DNA of 64,000 bases. It comes from an uncultured Gammaproteobacteria bacterium. Its GTDB lineage: Bacteria > Pseudomonadota > Gammaproteobacteria > JAURND01. The stretch is taken from positions 10,108-74,107 of the forward strand of contig CAWCOU010000006.1 in NCBI GenBank assembly GCA_963797335.1, read 5' to 3'. Numbering within the stretch: the first letter of the stretch is position 1; each line of letters begins with the position of its first letter. Shown piece after piece: positions 49,266 through 59,224 of the stretch. Made by a program: the position numbers and the translations under genes. The notes under the pieces are model-generated. The model did not search any database and was not told where the DNA came from. It saw only the letters and a list, made by a program, of their open reading frames with translations.

Positions 49266-49537
49266 TTGTACATACCCTCATTCTTCAATACTTAAACTTT
49301 GATACCTATAATCTGCCTAACGCTGCGATGACTCGAGTGGCTCTGACTTAAATACCTACATATATATAATTATAATTAGCCAACATTAAATAAAAATTAT
49401 TAAATATACATATTTTTTTAAGGTTTACAAAAGAAGTGATGTGCAAATGATTGAAAATAAAGGGGAGTTTTTCAGTAAAAAACTGTAGTCTTAAGGGGCA
49501 AGTTTTTGAAGGAATTTATGAAGGTTTTGATAAAGAT

Positions 49538-51229
49538 TTAAGCAATACCATACCGTTTTAACGCGTAGTCACTCATACTTTTAGCTAGCTCCTCTTCTCC
49601 CAGAAACACTTTTTCAGCGCCTTCCTGGGAAAATAATTGCGACTCTTCTATGCTATGCGTACGGACTAAAATCTCAATTTTGGGGTTGAGTGTTCGCGCG
49701 GTTTTAATCATTTGCCGAATATTAAAGGGATCGGGAATCGCGATGATCAACATACTGGCATGGGTTATATGCGCTTGCACTAATACCATGGGTTCTGCGG
49801 CGTCTCCAGAGACGGCGATCATTTTGTTGTTTCGTAAAAATTGAACCACTTCACGGTTCTGTTCAGCCACGACGAAAGGAATTTCATGTTGACGCAGGGT
49901 TTCGCCAATGCGCCGACCGACTCGGCCGAAGCCGACTAAAACCACTTGTCCGGATAAATACTTTTGTTCCGTCGTCATCGGTAAACCTGCAAGTGGATCG
50001 GCAGGTTCCCCAAAGCGTTTAGCGAAAGCAGAGCGGGCGGATATCCATACTTGCAAAGGTGCGATTAATTTAAATAATAAGGGGTTGATGGCGATAGAAA
50101 TCAAAGCACCAGCCACGATTAAACTCTGGCCGTCGGCGGGTAATAAATGCAGGCCTATGCCTAGGCTGGCCAGCACGAAAGAAAATTCCCCTATTTGTGC
50201 CAGACTTGCCGAAACCATCAGCGCCGTGTTCAAAGGGTAACGGAATGCTAATACTAATCCGGCAGCTACGATGGTTTTGCCTAAGACAATGATAGCGACA
50301 ACAGCAAGGACTTGTATGGGGTGGTCTATCAAAATTCGGGGATCAAACAACATACCTACGGAGACAAAAAATAAAACGGCAAATGCTTCTCGGAGTGGTA
50401 ATGATTCTTCGGCAGCGCGATGGCTGAATTCCGAACCGCGCATCATCATGCCAGCAAAAAAAGCACCTAAAGCGAAAGATACGCCAAATAATTTTGAGGA
50501 AAGATAAGCAATGCTGACAGCGGCGGCGATGACACATAAGGTGAATAATTCCCGAGAACCCGTACGCGCGATTTGCCAGAGTAGGCTAGGGAAGTACTTG
50601 CGGCCGATAAACACCATGAGAGCGATAAACACGGAAATTTTGGCCAGAGTAAAGCCTAATGTTTGCCATAAGTGGACGGAGGAAGCACCGGAGGCCTGGC
50701 CTTCCAGGCTGGTGGCTAGAGGGGGTAGCAAGACCAGCACAATAACCATGGCTAAATCTTCAACTACCAACCAGCCAATGGCAATACGGCCATTGATGGA
50801 TTCCAACGTGCCACTGGATTCTAAAGCACGCAAAAGTACCACTGTGCTGGCGACAGACAATGCCAATCCAAAGATCAAAGAACCGCCGAGATTCCAACCC
50901 CAGACCAATCCTAAGCCAGTTCCCAATAGGGTGGCCACCACAATTTGTAATACCGCTCCGGGCAAGGCTATTCTGCGTACGGCGAGCAAATCGCTTAACG
51001 AAAAATGGAGGCCAACACCAAACATTAATAACATCACCCCAATTTCAGCCAGCTCTTTGGCAATGGCAATATTAGCCACAAAACCAGGCGAAAACGGACC
51101 AATGATAACCCCGGCCAGCATATAACCGACTAGGACTGGTAGTTTTAGTTTGGAGGCAATGAAGCCAAGAATAAGCGCCATGCCTAAGGCAGTGGCGAGT
51201 GTGGTGATGAGTGGTATGCTATGTGGCAT
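49538..51229 (-). CDS. CPA2 family K+/H+ antiporter with TrkA-N domain (KefB/KefC-like).
   Basis: Na_H exchanger TM core plus GFGRVGRRIG Rossmann motif. Confidence 0.8.
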   Translation of the reverse strand: MPHSIPLITTLATALGMALILGFIASKLKLPVLVGYMLAGVIIGPFSPGFVANIAIAKELAEIGVMLLMFGVGLHFSLSDLLAVRRIALPGAVLQIVVATLLGTGLGLVWGWNLGGSLIFGLALSVASTVVLLRALESSGTLESINGRIAIGWLVVEDLAMVIVLVLLPPLATSLEGQASGASSVHLWQTLGFTLAKISVFIALMVFIGRKYFPSLLWQIARTGSRELFTLCVIAAAVSIAYLSSKLFGVSFALGAFFAGMMMRGSEFSHRAAEESLPLREAFAVLFFVSVGMLFDPRILIDHPIQVLAVVAIIVLGKTIVAAGLVLAFRYPLNTALMVSASLAQIGEFSFVLASLGIGLHLLPADGQSLIVAGALISIAINPLLFKLIAPLQVWISARSAFAKRFGEPADPLAGLPMTTEQKYLSGQVVLVGFGRVGRRIGETLRQHEIPFVVAEQNREVVQFLRNNKMIAVSGDAAEPMVLVQAHITHASMLIIAIPDPFNIRQMIKTARTLNPKIEILVRTHSIEESQLFSQEGAEKVFLGEEELAKSMSDYALKRYGIA

Positions 51230-51287
51230 AAAAGAACCTGGTTATAAACTGTGTTTCATGGTCTGAAAGTAATCACCGGATATTTCT

Positions 51288-51345
51288 TCTTCCTGGAATG
51301 ATGCAAGCTTGCATTACGCATGGTGCATTACGCATTTTTGCATCA
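51288..51345. promoter_or_regulatory. Compound symmetric site upstream of the kefB-like gene.
   Basis: gaatgatgcaagcttgcat (perfect palindrome atgcaagcttgcat), then tacgcatggtgcattacgcat (direct repeat gcattacgcat x2), then ttttgcatcattc, which mirrors the left end. Confidence 0.3.
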
Positions 51346-51381
51346 TTCATGAAAGTTATCGGTAAGATTAACAAATTTGCA

Positions 51382-52791
51382 TCATGTATTACTCAAGAAA
51401 TTAGCATACTCGTTTAAACAGAACTGCTGTGTTGCGTTTAACGGTCGGGTCTCCAACAACTGAGTAATGATTTCTAAAGCGCCCCCAATTGTCAGGCGGC
51501 TTTGGCCGCGATAATCCATTAAGCTTTGTCCCTGCTGGAGATTTTGCAAGTAAGACTTAAATTGTGCCTTCGACGTATTATTACTCAAATAGGAGGGATA
51601 ATGCCTGCCCAATAAACGTAAGGCAATTTCTTGCAAAACGGGGTGAGTAAATTGTTGCGCAACGGCGTATTTTTTATCGGGCGTTGCTCGATGAAATTGC
51701 GTGCTTAATTGCTGCTCTTGCGGAGTAAGAAAACCAAATTCATAAAGCCATGCATCGGCATCTAAATGCGGAATTTTGGGGTAGGTATATTCCAGATGGT
51801 AATCTTTAATCGCGGCGAAAATCGTCGGATTGCTTTGCAGCCAAACCAAGTTGGCTTGCATGGTATGTTGTCGTTCTGGCGATAAATGTTGGGTGAATCT
51901 AGGGATAAGCGGTAGTAAGAGATTACCCTCTCCGGCCTTCTTGCGTACGACCCAGGTTTGCTCCGGGATATTTTCACACGTAGTGTCGGCAAGCTCAGGT
52001 TGATCCAGGCGCAACCACAAGGTTTGGTTTTTGTAATGGCGGTGTTGGCCTAGAGCAAGGGCGGGGAATTGATAAAAATCCCGGGTTCCTGCTTTTCCTA
52101 TCATTAATCCGAGTAAATAGGGTTGATTGCTATCGGCAAAAGCAGAGGAGAGTTGCTTGACGCGTTCTAGGTCGGTTTGTTTATTAAAATAGCCGAGGGC
52201 GTATTCCCACATGTTCCGTTCTTGGAAAAATCGCCTGGCCAAGGCCAGCGTCGCTTCCACGTCGACAAGGGCATTATGGGCGCTGCCTTGAGCTAATTGG
52301 TTTGCTGCGCTTAGATGCTCTAATTTTAAACTGGTTTTTCCGTCGATGACGGGCCAGTGCAATAGGTCGTGTTTGTAGAGAAAGTACAATTGGGTGATGG
52401 GTAATAAATCAAAGCGGCCGCAGTCCTGGGCAAATTGATGCGTATACGGAGGCAATAGATTACGGAAAAACGAAAAACGCAGGAATTCATCGTCAAAGCC
52501 CAACGTGTTATATCCGCCACTGAGGGTGCCAGGTTGATTTAAGAGGGCATGGATTTTCTCCATGGCAGCCAGTTCGGATTCGCCGTGCTGCATGTCTTGA
52601 ATGCCAATGCCGTGCACTAGCATGGCTTCTGGGTCGGGGATAACGTCGCAATTTAATTTGATCTGGATTTCAACGCGCTCGATTTCTTCCAATTCCAGCG
52701 TGGTGCGAATGGCAGCGAATTGCAGCACCTGGTCGAAACACTTGTTTCGCCCCGTAGTTTCCACGTCATAAAATAGGTAAGTTTTTTCCAT
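51382..52791 (-). CDS. sbcB: Exodeoxyribonuclease I.
   Basis: YDVETTG...FAAIRT DEDDh exonuclease motif and collinearity with E. coli ExoI. Confidence 0.8.
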   Translation of the reverse strand: MEKTYLFYDVETTGRNKCFDQVLQFAAIRTTLELEEIERVEIQIKLNCDVIPDPEAMLVHGIGIQDMQHGESELAAMEKIHALLNQPGTLSGGYNTLGFDDEFLRFSFFRNLLPPYTHQFAQDCGRFDLLPITQLYFLYKHDLLHWPVIDGKTSLKLEHLSAANQLAQGSAHNALVDVEATLALARRFFQERNMWEYALGYFNKQTDLERVKQLSSAFADSNQPYLLGLMIGKAGTRDFYQFPALALGQHRHYKNQTLWLRLDQPELADTTCENIPEQTWVVRKKAGEGNLLLPLIPRFTQHLSPERQHTMQANLVWLQSNPTIFAAIKDYHLEYTYPKIPHLDADAWLYEFGFLTPQEQQLSTQFHRATPDKKYAVAQQFTHPVLQEIALRLLGRHYPSYLSNNTSKAQFKSYLQNLQQGQSLMDYRGQSRLTIGGALEIITQLLETRPLNATQQFCLNEYANFLSNT

Positions 52792-52814
52792 AATTCTCCC
52801 TAATCTGCCCTAAG

Positions 52815-52995
52815 GGCACTTTCTCCCACTAGGGGTATAGGCGTCAACTTAAGGAAAACATCTTGAAATATCCTTCTCCCACAAGGGGCGTTGTTGAATA
52901 ATTCAAATTTTCTAAATATTCTCCTTCTCCCACAAGGGGAGAAGGAGTTTTGTGCGATTTATTCAACAAAGCCCCCACAAGGGGAGAAGGAGAGT
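52815..52995. repeat. Cluster of about 4 copies of the CCTTCTCCCACAAGGGGAGAAGG palindromic element with ATAGGCGTCAAC-TAAG spacers.
   Basis: Same unit structure as 38379-38475 and as the TIRs of the 18147-18370 element. Confidence 0.6.
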
Positions 52996-53007
52996 ATTTT
53001 CTTAGGT

Positions 53008-54021
53008 TTACGACAGTGGTATAAGGCCTAGTACATCGTGTACCTGCTGGAGCAGTTGATTCGCTCGTTGCCCTGCTTTTTCCGCGCCGCGGGTTAATAT
53101 CGCTTGTAAAACCGCATTGTCAGACCGTAAAGCTTGATACTGTTGCTGAATAGGTTTTAAGTGTTCGACAATGGCATCGGCCAGTTCATTTTTAAATCGG
53201 CCATAACCGCCGGTGGCATAGGTGGCTTCTAATTGCGCTATGGTTTGTCCAGTCACCCCGGCAAATAAGGTTAATAAATTGGCAACGCCAGGTTTATTTT
53301 CGAGATCGTAACGCACCTCACTGCCAGAATCGGTGACTGCACGTTTTAACTTATTGCGAATGAGCTCTGGCGAATCGAGCAGGCCGATATAGTTATGCTC
53401 ATTGGTATCCGACTTAGACATTTTCTGCGTGGGATCCTGTAAGCTCATGATTCTAGCGCCTTGGGGAGGGATATAAGGCTCAGGCACTGTAAAAATAGGG
53501 CCGTAGAGATGATTAAAACGCAGTGCCACATCCCGGGTTAGTTCCAAATGTTGCTTTTGATCCTCCCCCACCGGCACTTTCGCGGTGTTATACAACAAGA
53601 TATCCGCCGCCATTAACACCGGGTAATCAAATAGCCCGGCATTGATATTGTGGGCATGGCGGCGGGATTTGTCTTTAAATTGCGTCATACGGTTTAACTC
53701 ACCGATCTGGGTAAAACAATTTAGAATCCAGGTGAGTTGGGCGTGGGCTGGCACATGCGATTGCACAAACAGGATATTATTTTCCGGGTGGATGCCGCAG
53801 GCGATGTATAAGGCCAGAAAGTCATAACAGCGTTGCCTAAGCAAGGCGGGGTCTTGCCTCACGGTGAGGGTATGCAGGTCGACCAGCATAAACAAGCAGT
53901 CATAGTCCGCCTGCATTTTTTGCCAATGGGTAATGGCGCCGATGTAGTTGCCAATCATCAAATGGCCAGAAGGCTGGATGCCGCTTAGTAAAATGGGTTT
54001 GGAGGGGGAAATTTGGTTCAT
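53008..54021 (-). CDS. trpS: Tryptophan--tRNA ligase.
   Basis: HIGH-like GHLMIGNY and KMSKS motifs. Confidence 0.9.
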   Translation of the reverse strand: MNQISPSKPILLSGIQPSGHLMIGNYIGAITHWQKMQADYDCLFMLVDLHTLTVRQDPALLRQRCYDFLALYIACGIHPENNILFVQSHVPAHAQLTWILNCFTQIGELNRMTQFKDKSRRHAHNINAGLFDYPVLMAADILLYNTAKVPVGEDQKQHLELTRDVALRFNHLYGPIFTVPEPYIPPQGARIMSLQDPTQKMSKSDTNEHNYIGLLDSPELIRNKLKRAVTDSGSEVRYDLENKPGVANLLTLFAGVTGQTIAQLEATYATGGYGRFKNELADAIVEHLKPIQQQYQALRSDNAVLQAILTRGAEKAGQRANQLLQQVHDVLGLIPLS

Positions 54022-54106
54022 GACTCAGTAGTCCCTATAGCTAGTTATGTGGTAGACTATCAAAATATGTAAACATTTCATACCATTACATTTATAACCT
54101 ATTCAT

Positions 54107-55912
54107 TTGTCACGAGTTTTGCCTTTCATGTCCAGTGCTTCCGTTCAGACCAGTACTTTTCAGCTTTATAAACGTTTAATGAAGTCAGTCAAGCCGTATC
54201 GGTGGTTCTTCGCGCTGGGTATTGCCGGCACTATCGCGGTATCTGGGGTGGATGCCGGGTTGGCGTGGTTAATTAAGCCTATTATAAATCATGGCCTCAT
54301 TGCAAAGAACAAGCACTTTATCCAAGTTCTGCCATTTCTGATTGTCGGCATCTTTCTGGCGCGTGGACTGGCCGTCTTTTTATCCAGTTACCACATCGCC
54401 AAAGTGGGCCGCAGTGTGGTCATGGATTTTCGCCAGCAGATCTTTGCCCATATGTTAAGGTTGCCAGCTACTTTTTACGATACCGAATCTTCCGGCCTGC
54501 TGATCTCTCGATTGATTTATAACGTCGAAAAGGTGGCGGATGCGACCACCATCGCTCTGATGATTGTCGTCCAAGACGGCGTATTGGCCATTGGCTTATG
54601 GTTTGTCATGCTGATGTTAAGTTGGCAATTAACCCTGATTTTTATGGTCATTGTACCATTGATGGCCTTCCTGCTGCGTTACACCAGCCGGCGGTTGCGG
54701 CGTTTAAGTAGCAATGTCCAGAAATCCATGGGGGAAATTACCCATATTGCCGAAGAATGCATTGAAGGTTACCGAGTGATTCGCACCTTTGGCGGTGAGC
54801 AGTACGAAACTGATAAATTCAATAAAGCCACCCGAGACAATCGTCGCCGTGAAATGAAAATCGTCGCAACCAATGCCTTGGGTACCACAACTACGCAGAT
54901 TATGGTTTCGTTTGCCATTGCCTTGGTGTTGGGAGTGGCTACTTTGCCGTCGATTACCGTTACGGCGGGTAGTTTTGCCGCTATGGTGGCGTCTATGTTC
55001 TCCTTGTTGCGGCCGATACGGCGTATCACCCAAATTAATAACACCATTCAAAAAGGTGTGGCTGGGGCAGAGAGTATTTTTGAGTTGCTGGATGTCCATA
55101 CCGAACAAGATACCGGTGTGTTGCCGCTGATGCGCGCCCAGGGCACCATCGAATACCGAGAAGTCAAGTTTAGCTACCCCAGCACCCAAAAAACCGTGTT
55201 AAAAGGAATTAGCTTTCGGATAGAGCCCGGGGAAACGGTTGCTTTAGTAGGGCGCTCTGGTAGTGGTAAATCGACCTTGGTGAGTTTATTGCCCCGGTTT
55301 TATGAGGTTCAAAACGGTACTATCTGCGTCGATGGTATCGATATCCGTGATTATCGCTTGGCTGATTTACGTCACCAATTTGCGTTTGTTTCCCAACATG
55401 TCACCTTGTTCAACGACACCATTGCCCGCAATATCAGTTATGGTCAATTCGACAAAGTCAGTAAGGCCGACATTGAGCGCGTGGCGGAAGCGGCACATGT
55501 CATGGAATTTGTTCAAGAATTGCCCGAGGGCTTGGATACCCTGGTCGGCGAGAATGGGGTATTGCTCTCTGGCGGCCAGCGTCAGCGACTGGCCATTGCC
55601 CGTGCCTTGCTGAAAGATGCGCCGTTTTTAATTCTGGATGAAGCCACCTCGGCATTGGATACCGAATCCGAGCGCCGTATTCAGGATGCGTTGGAGATAT
55701 TAATGCGTCATCGGACGACATTGGTGATTGCTCACCGGTTGTCGACGATTGAAAAAGCGGATCGTATTTTAGTGATGGATAAAGGCGCTATTATCGAGTC
55801 AGGCACTCATGCGCAATTAATCGATTTAAATGGTTATTATGCGCATCTGCACAGTCGAAAATTCCAAGAAACTAAGCTGGTTTCCCCTGAACTCGACCTG
55901 GCTATGGCATGA
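54107..55912 (+). CDS. msbA: Lipid A export ABC transporter MsbA.
   Basis: 6 TM segments plus NBD (GRSGSGKST, LSGGQRQR, ILDEATSALD). Confidence 0.85.
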   Translation: MSRVLPFMSSASVQTSTFQLYKRLMKSVKPYRWFFALGIAGTIAVSGVDAGLAWLIKPIINHGLIAKNKHFIQVLPFLIVGIFLARGLAVFLSSYHIAKVGRSVVMDFRQQIFAHMLRLPATFYDTESSGLLISRLIYNVEKVADATTIALMIVVQDGVLAIGLWFVMLMLSWQLTLIFMVIVPLMAFLLRYTSRRLRRLSSNVQKSMGEITHIAEECIEGYRVIRTFGGEQYETDKFNKATRDNRRREMKIVATNALGTTTTQIMVSFAIALVLGVATLPSITVTAGSFAAMVASMFSLLRPIRRITQINNTIQKGVAGAESIFELLDVHTEQDTGVLPLMRAQGTIEYREVKFSYPSTQKTVLKGISFRIEPGETVALVGRSGSGKSTLVSLLPRFYEVQNGTICVDGIDIRDYRLADLRHQFAFVSQHVTLFNDTIARNISYGQFDKVSKADIERVAEAAHVMEFVQELPEGLDTLVGENGVLLSGGQRQRLAIARALLKDAPFLILDEATSALDTESERRIQDALEILMRHRTTLVIAHRLSTIEKADRILVMDKGAIIESGTHAQLIDLNGYYAHLHSRKFQETKLVSPELDLAMA

Positions 55913-56907
55913 AAGCGGTAGTCGATGCTTGGTATCGTAAACGTGCGTGGCTTTATGCGTTAATTCCTGCCAGTGCTATCTATATGGGCGTGGTTGCTTT
56001 ACGTCGTCTTTGTTACCGTCTGGGCCTTTTCCGAACCGTTCATTTCCCAATCCCTGTTATTGTCGTTGGTAATATTACCGTCGGTGGTACGGGTAAAACG
56101 CCGCTGGTCATTAAGTTGGCGAATGTTTTATTGTCGCAAGGCTACAAGCCAGGCATTGTTAGCCGAGGTTATGGGGGCCAGAAGCAGAAGCTGCCACTAG
56201 AAGTATTTGCTAATAGCGATCCTCTGTTAGTCGGTGACGAGCCGCTATTAATCGCTCGCCGTACTTGTTGCCCAATGGTTGTTTCGCCTAATCGGGTAGC
56301 AGCGGTCCAGCTGTTGTTAAAAAACAATACTTGTGATGTGGTTATCAGCGACGATGGGTTGCAACATTATGCATTAGGGCGAGACTTGGAAATTGCTGTC
56401 ATTGATGGCAATCGTCGACTAGGGAATGGCTTATGCCTACCTGCCGGCCCACTCCGAGAATCACCCAAACGATTAAAAACTGTCGATTTTCAGGTGACTC
56501 AAGGTCAAGCTCAACCTGGGGAATGGTGGATGCATTTAATCACCGAAGAGTTAACTCCTTTGCGGCAACCGCCCCGGAAATTTCCTATCCGTAATGGCCA
56601 ACCCATTCACGCCGTCGCCGGCATTGGTTACCCCGAACGTTTTTTTGCTGAGTTACGCCATTTAGGTTTTAACATCGAAACTCACGCCTTCCCCGATCAT
56701 TATCGGTTTCAAGCAAGCGACATCGATTTTGGTGCCGAAAGTCTGGTTATTATGACTGAAAAAGACGCGGTGAAATGCGAAGCCTTTGCCGATCATCGCC
56801 ATTGGTATTTGCCTGTGCATGCCCAATGCAATAGTCAGTTTTTGGAATTATTTTTAGAAAAACTGAATCGAGCCGTGTTTAACAAAGCTTGCCTTCCGCA
56901 AGGTTGA
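55909..56907 (+). CDS. lpxK: Tetraacyldisaccharide 4'-kinase.
   Basis: GNITVGGTGKTP P-loop. Overlaps the msbA stop. Confidence 0.85.
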   Translation: MKAVVDAWYRKRAWLYALIPASAIYMGVVALRRLCYRLGLFRTVHFPIPVIVVGNITVGGTGKTPLVIKLANVLLSQGYKPGIVSRGYGGQKQKLPLEVFANSDPLLVGDEPLLIARRTCCPMVVSPNRVAAVQLLLKNNTCDVVISDDGLQHYALGRDLEIAVIDGNRRLGNGLCLPAGPLRESPKRLKTVDFQVTQGQAQPGEWWMHLITEELTPLRQPPRKFPIRNGQPIHAVAGIGYPERFFAELRHLGFNIETHAFPDHYRFQASDIDFGAESLVIMTEKDAVKCEAFADHRHWYLPVHAQCNSQFLELFLEKLNRAVFNKACLPQG

Positions 56908-56942
56908 AACTGTTCCTCATTGCGTTACGTTCGCAATGGGAG

Positions 56943-57242
56943 GGAGCAGATACCTAGGGTATGCACGTATCTTTTTTAGTCAACTGTGAGTGAGTATTAG
57001 ATTAGGGTTTAGCACTGTAAGCCCCCTCTCCCGCGCGAGGGGCTTGAATAAAGGCTCTGAACGTATTCGCGGGAGAGGGCGAATGGAAAGCGCGAGACTT
57101 TACCCTCTCCCCTAACCCTCTCCCGCTAATAGGTTTGCAGCTTTTGCCCAAACTCCTCGCGCGGGAGAGGGGGTTTACAGTGCTAATCGTTAATTAGGTG
57201 CCTACTCACAGTTGACTAAAAAGATGTGTGCATACCCTAGGG
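56943..57242. mobile_element. MITE copy B. Complete ~300-bp element with ~38-bp terminal inverted repeats.
   Basis: cctagggtatgcacgtatcttttttagtcaactgtgagt ... actcacagttgactaaaaagatgtgtgcataccctaggg. Internal inverted repeats ccctctcccgcgcgagg / cctcgcgcgggagaggg. Confidence 0.7.
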
Positions 57243-57250
57243 TAGATAAT

Positions 57251-58006
57251 TTATTTAGTATCCCAGAATTCGATCTGTTTTATTTGGCTGGCTATCGCGA
57301 TGGCACCTTTAAAACCAGGGCTTGGAGTAAAAGCGTGCAAGGTCCAAGAATTAGCGGCTTCGGTGTCGCCGTGTATACTTAATAATCGTGGTTCCTCTTC
57401 TTCTAAACTAACCGTAAATGCTTTAAGTGAGAAAGATAAACCTTCGCCTAAGGCTTTGATAAATGCTTCTTTACGGGTCCATAAATTAAAAAAAGCCTCT
57501 TTTTTCTGAGTCATTGGTACGTAAGATAACGCTGCACTTTCTTCATCCGAAAAATAGCGCATGCCAATGGCTTCTGCTTCGATATCGGTTTTTATAAATT
57601 CCAAATCAATACCAATGTCATTTTCTAAAGTGATGGCAAATACCGCGAGATCATGCGAGTCAGAAGCATTAAATTGCAGCGGCAGAGCAGGGGAAACAAG
57701 TCTGGGTTTGCCGTGGGCGTTATAACTGAATTCTAAGCTGTGGGCTGGTTGGTTTAAGTAACGCGCCAACAATTGCCGCAGGGTTCCGCGGCTGACAATG
57801 GAGCGTCTTTGATGAATGGGAAATTTAAATCGCTGAGCGCGTGCTTTCTCGTTCTCGGAAAGAGTAGCCAAAAATTGATCGATTTTCTCTTGTGGCGGAT
57901 TTAAATTTGCACGCCATACATGTACTTCCCCAGCCGACAGTGGTGGCAAAGTAGTGGGGGGATTTTCCCAGTTAGTGTGATTTGGCATAGTCGCTTGATT
58001 GTCCAT
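57251..58006 (-). CDS. Sfp/EntD-type 4'-phosphopantetheinyl transferase.
   Basis: AGEVHVWRANL N-terminal signature, then GIDLE...FNLWTRKEAFIKALG motifs. Start at internal Met (MDNQAT). The track ORF adds 29 codons upstream. Confidence 0.7.
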   Translation of the reverse strand: MDNQATMPNHTNWENPPTTLPPLSAGEVHVWRANLNPPQEKIDQFLATLSENEKARAQRFKFPIHQRRSIVSRGTLRQLLARYLNQPAHSLEFSYNAHGKPRLVSPALPLQFNASDSHDLAVFAITLENDIGIDLEFIKTDIEAEAIGMRYFSDEESAALSYVPMTQKKEAFFNLWTRKEAFIKALGEGLSFSLKAFTVSLEEEEPRLLSIHGDTEAANSWTLHAFTPSPGFKGAIAIASQIKQIEFWDTK

Positions 58007-58301
58007 TTGAGCAGTATGTCCTCTGGGAGCTCGGATGGCTCGTCCGCAAAAAAAACCATGGCTTAAAAATGCGAGCGAGCGGCTCGCTCGCATCTAACCA
58101 TTGGCGAACAAGCGGGCAAGCCGTACGCGCTCCCAAGCCCACACAAGAGTAACATTATTTACGAGTCAATACCGTAATTTTTACGGTATTGTCGGCTATC
58201 GTAGATCTCGATAATCTGCTTGGGTATCTTTCAGTGCCGACAGGGTTTGCAAAACTTCAACCCGGCATTTTTTATTTATTTCATTACACAAGGAGAAGGA
58301 C

Positions 58302-58652
58302 ATGAGCTTCAATCGCTTATTTATCGTGATTGCCACCATTTTAGTATTAGTCGTTCCTCTACAATTGCAGGCTGCTTCAACCGCTCAGAATTCAATTGTA
58401 ACACCTAGTACATTAGAAACAAATACGGATTCTGCGCCCCTCGATGGCAAAATAAACCTGAATACTGCCGACATTACAAGCTTGCAAAATTTAAAGGGGA
58501 TAGGCGAAGGTAAAGCGCAAGCAATTATTGACTATCGAAAAGAACACGGCTCATTTAAATCCATGGATGAACTTGGGCAAGTCAAAGGCTTTAGCAAAAA
58601 AACCGTCGATAATTTATTGAAAAAGAATCCTAATAAAATAGTTGTCGAATAA
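58302..58652 (+). CDS. comEA: ComEA-like helix-hairpin-helix DNA-binding protein.
   Basis: Signal peptide plus INLNTADITSLQNLKGIGEGKAQAII HhH motif. Confidence 0.75.
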   Translation: MSFNRLFIVIATILVLVVPLQLQAASTAQNSIVTPSTLETNTDSAPLDGKINLNTADITSLQNLKGIGEGKAQAIIDYRKEHGSFKSMDELGQVKGFSKKTVDNLLKKNPNKIVVE

Positions 58653-58828
58653 TTCTGTACAAGTCCACTTATAGAGTGTCAATAAAGGGTGCGCACTATA
58701 TTTTTTCATCCCATAAATGGTGAGATATAGTGCTCATTCCTACCTTGGTGTATGTAAGCGGCTGAATATTTAATTTCGCATTTCTGAAATATTTAACCAT
58801 CGCTATTTCTAATGAGTGAAGTTATACT

Positions 58829-59140
58829 ATGCGTTATCAAGATGAAGCAAAATCATTATTCCAGCTATCAACGGAACTAACTGAACGTAAAGTGGAGATG
58901 GCCGTGACAAATGCGATGGCCGAAGTAGTCAAAGAGATGATTGCTCTCAGACATGAGCTGAAGCAAGAGATGCATGAATTAAGGCAAGAAATGGGTTCGC
59001 GCTTGTCTTGTGTCGAAACAGCTTTGGGTCTTCGCAATCAATCACGCCATGAGATGCGTACTCGACTCTACGATTATGCATTCAAGGCAGCATGGTTACT
59101 ATGGGGCTCTGTACTCACGTATTTGGTATTGCGGCCTTGA
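58829..59140 (+). CDS. Hypothetical coiled-coil protein with a C-terminal TM segment (103 aa).
   Basis: ORF with heptad-like ELKQEMHELRQEM and C-terminal AAWLLWGSVLTYLVL. Confidence 0.4.
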   Translation: MRYQDEAKSLFQLSTELTERKVEMAVTNAMAEVVKEMIALRHELKQEMHELRQEMGSRLSCVETALGLRNQSRHEMRTRLYDYAFKAAWLLWGSVLTYLVLRP

Positions 59141-59223
59141 TGGTGGGCACGCTTCGCTTTGCCCACCATACGAATGCCCATGAGGGGTTGTAGGGTGGGC
59201 AAAGCGAAGCGTGCCCACCATTA
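59141..59223. terminator. Strong bidirectional terminator between two convergent genes. Two ~26-bp arms that are reverse complements of each other; each arm is itself a hairpin.
   Basis: ggtgggcacgcttcgctttgcccacc ... ggtgggcaaagcgaagcgtgcccacc. Confidence 0.6.
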
Positions 59224-59224
59224 A

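Noticed and set aside
49650-51125. Plus-strand ORFs opposite the kefB-like gene, including a 204-aa one
   Set aside because: Antisense. Pro/Thr-rich low-complexity translation with no start context.
54704-55721. ORFs antisense to or out-of-frame with msbA
   Set aside because: Spurious. msbA NBD motifs lie on the plus frame.
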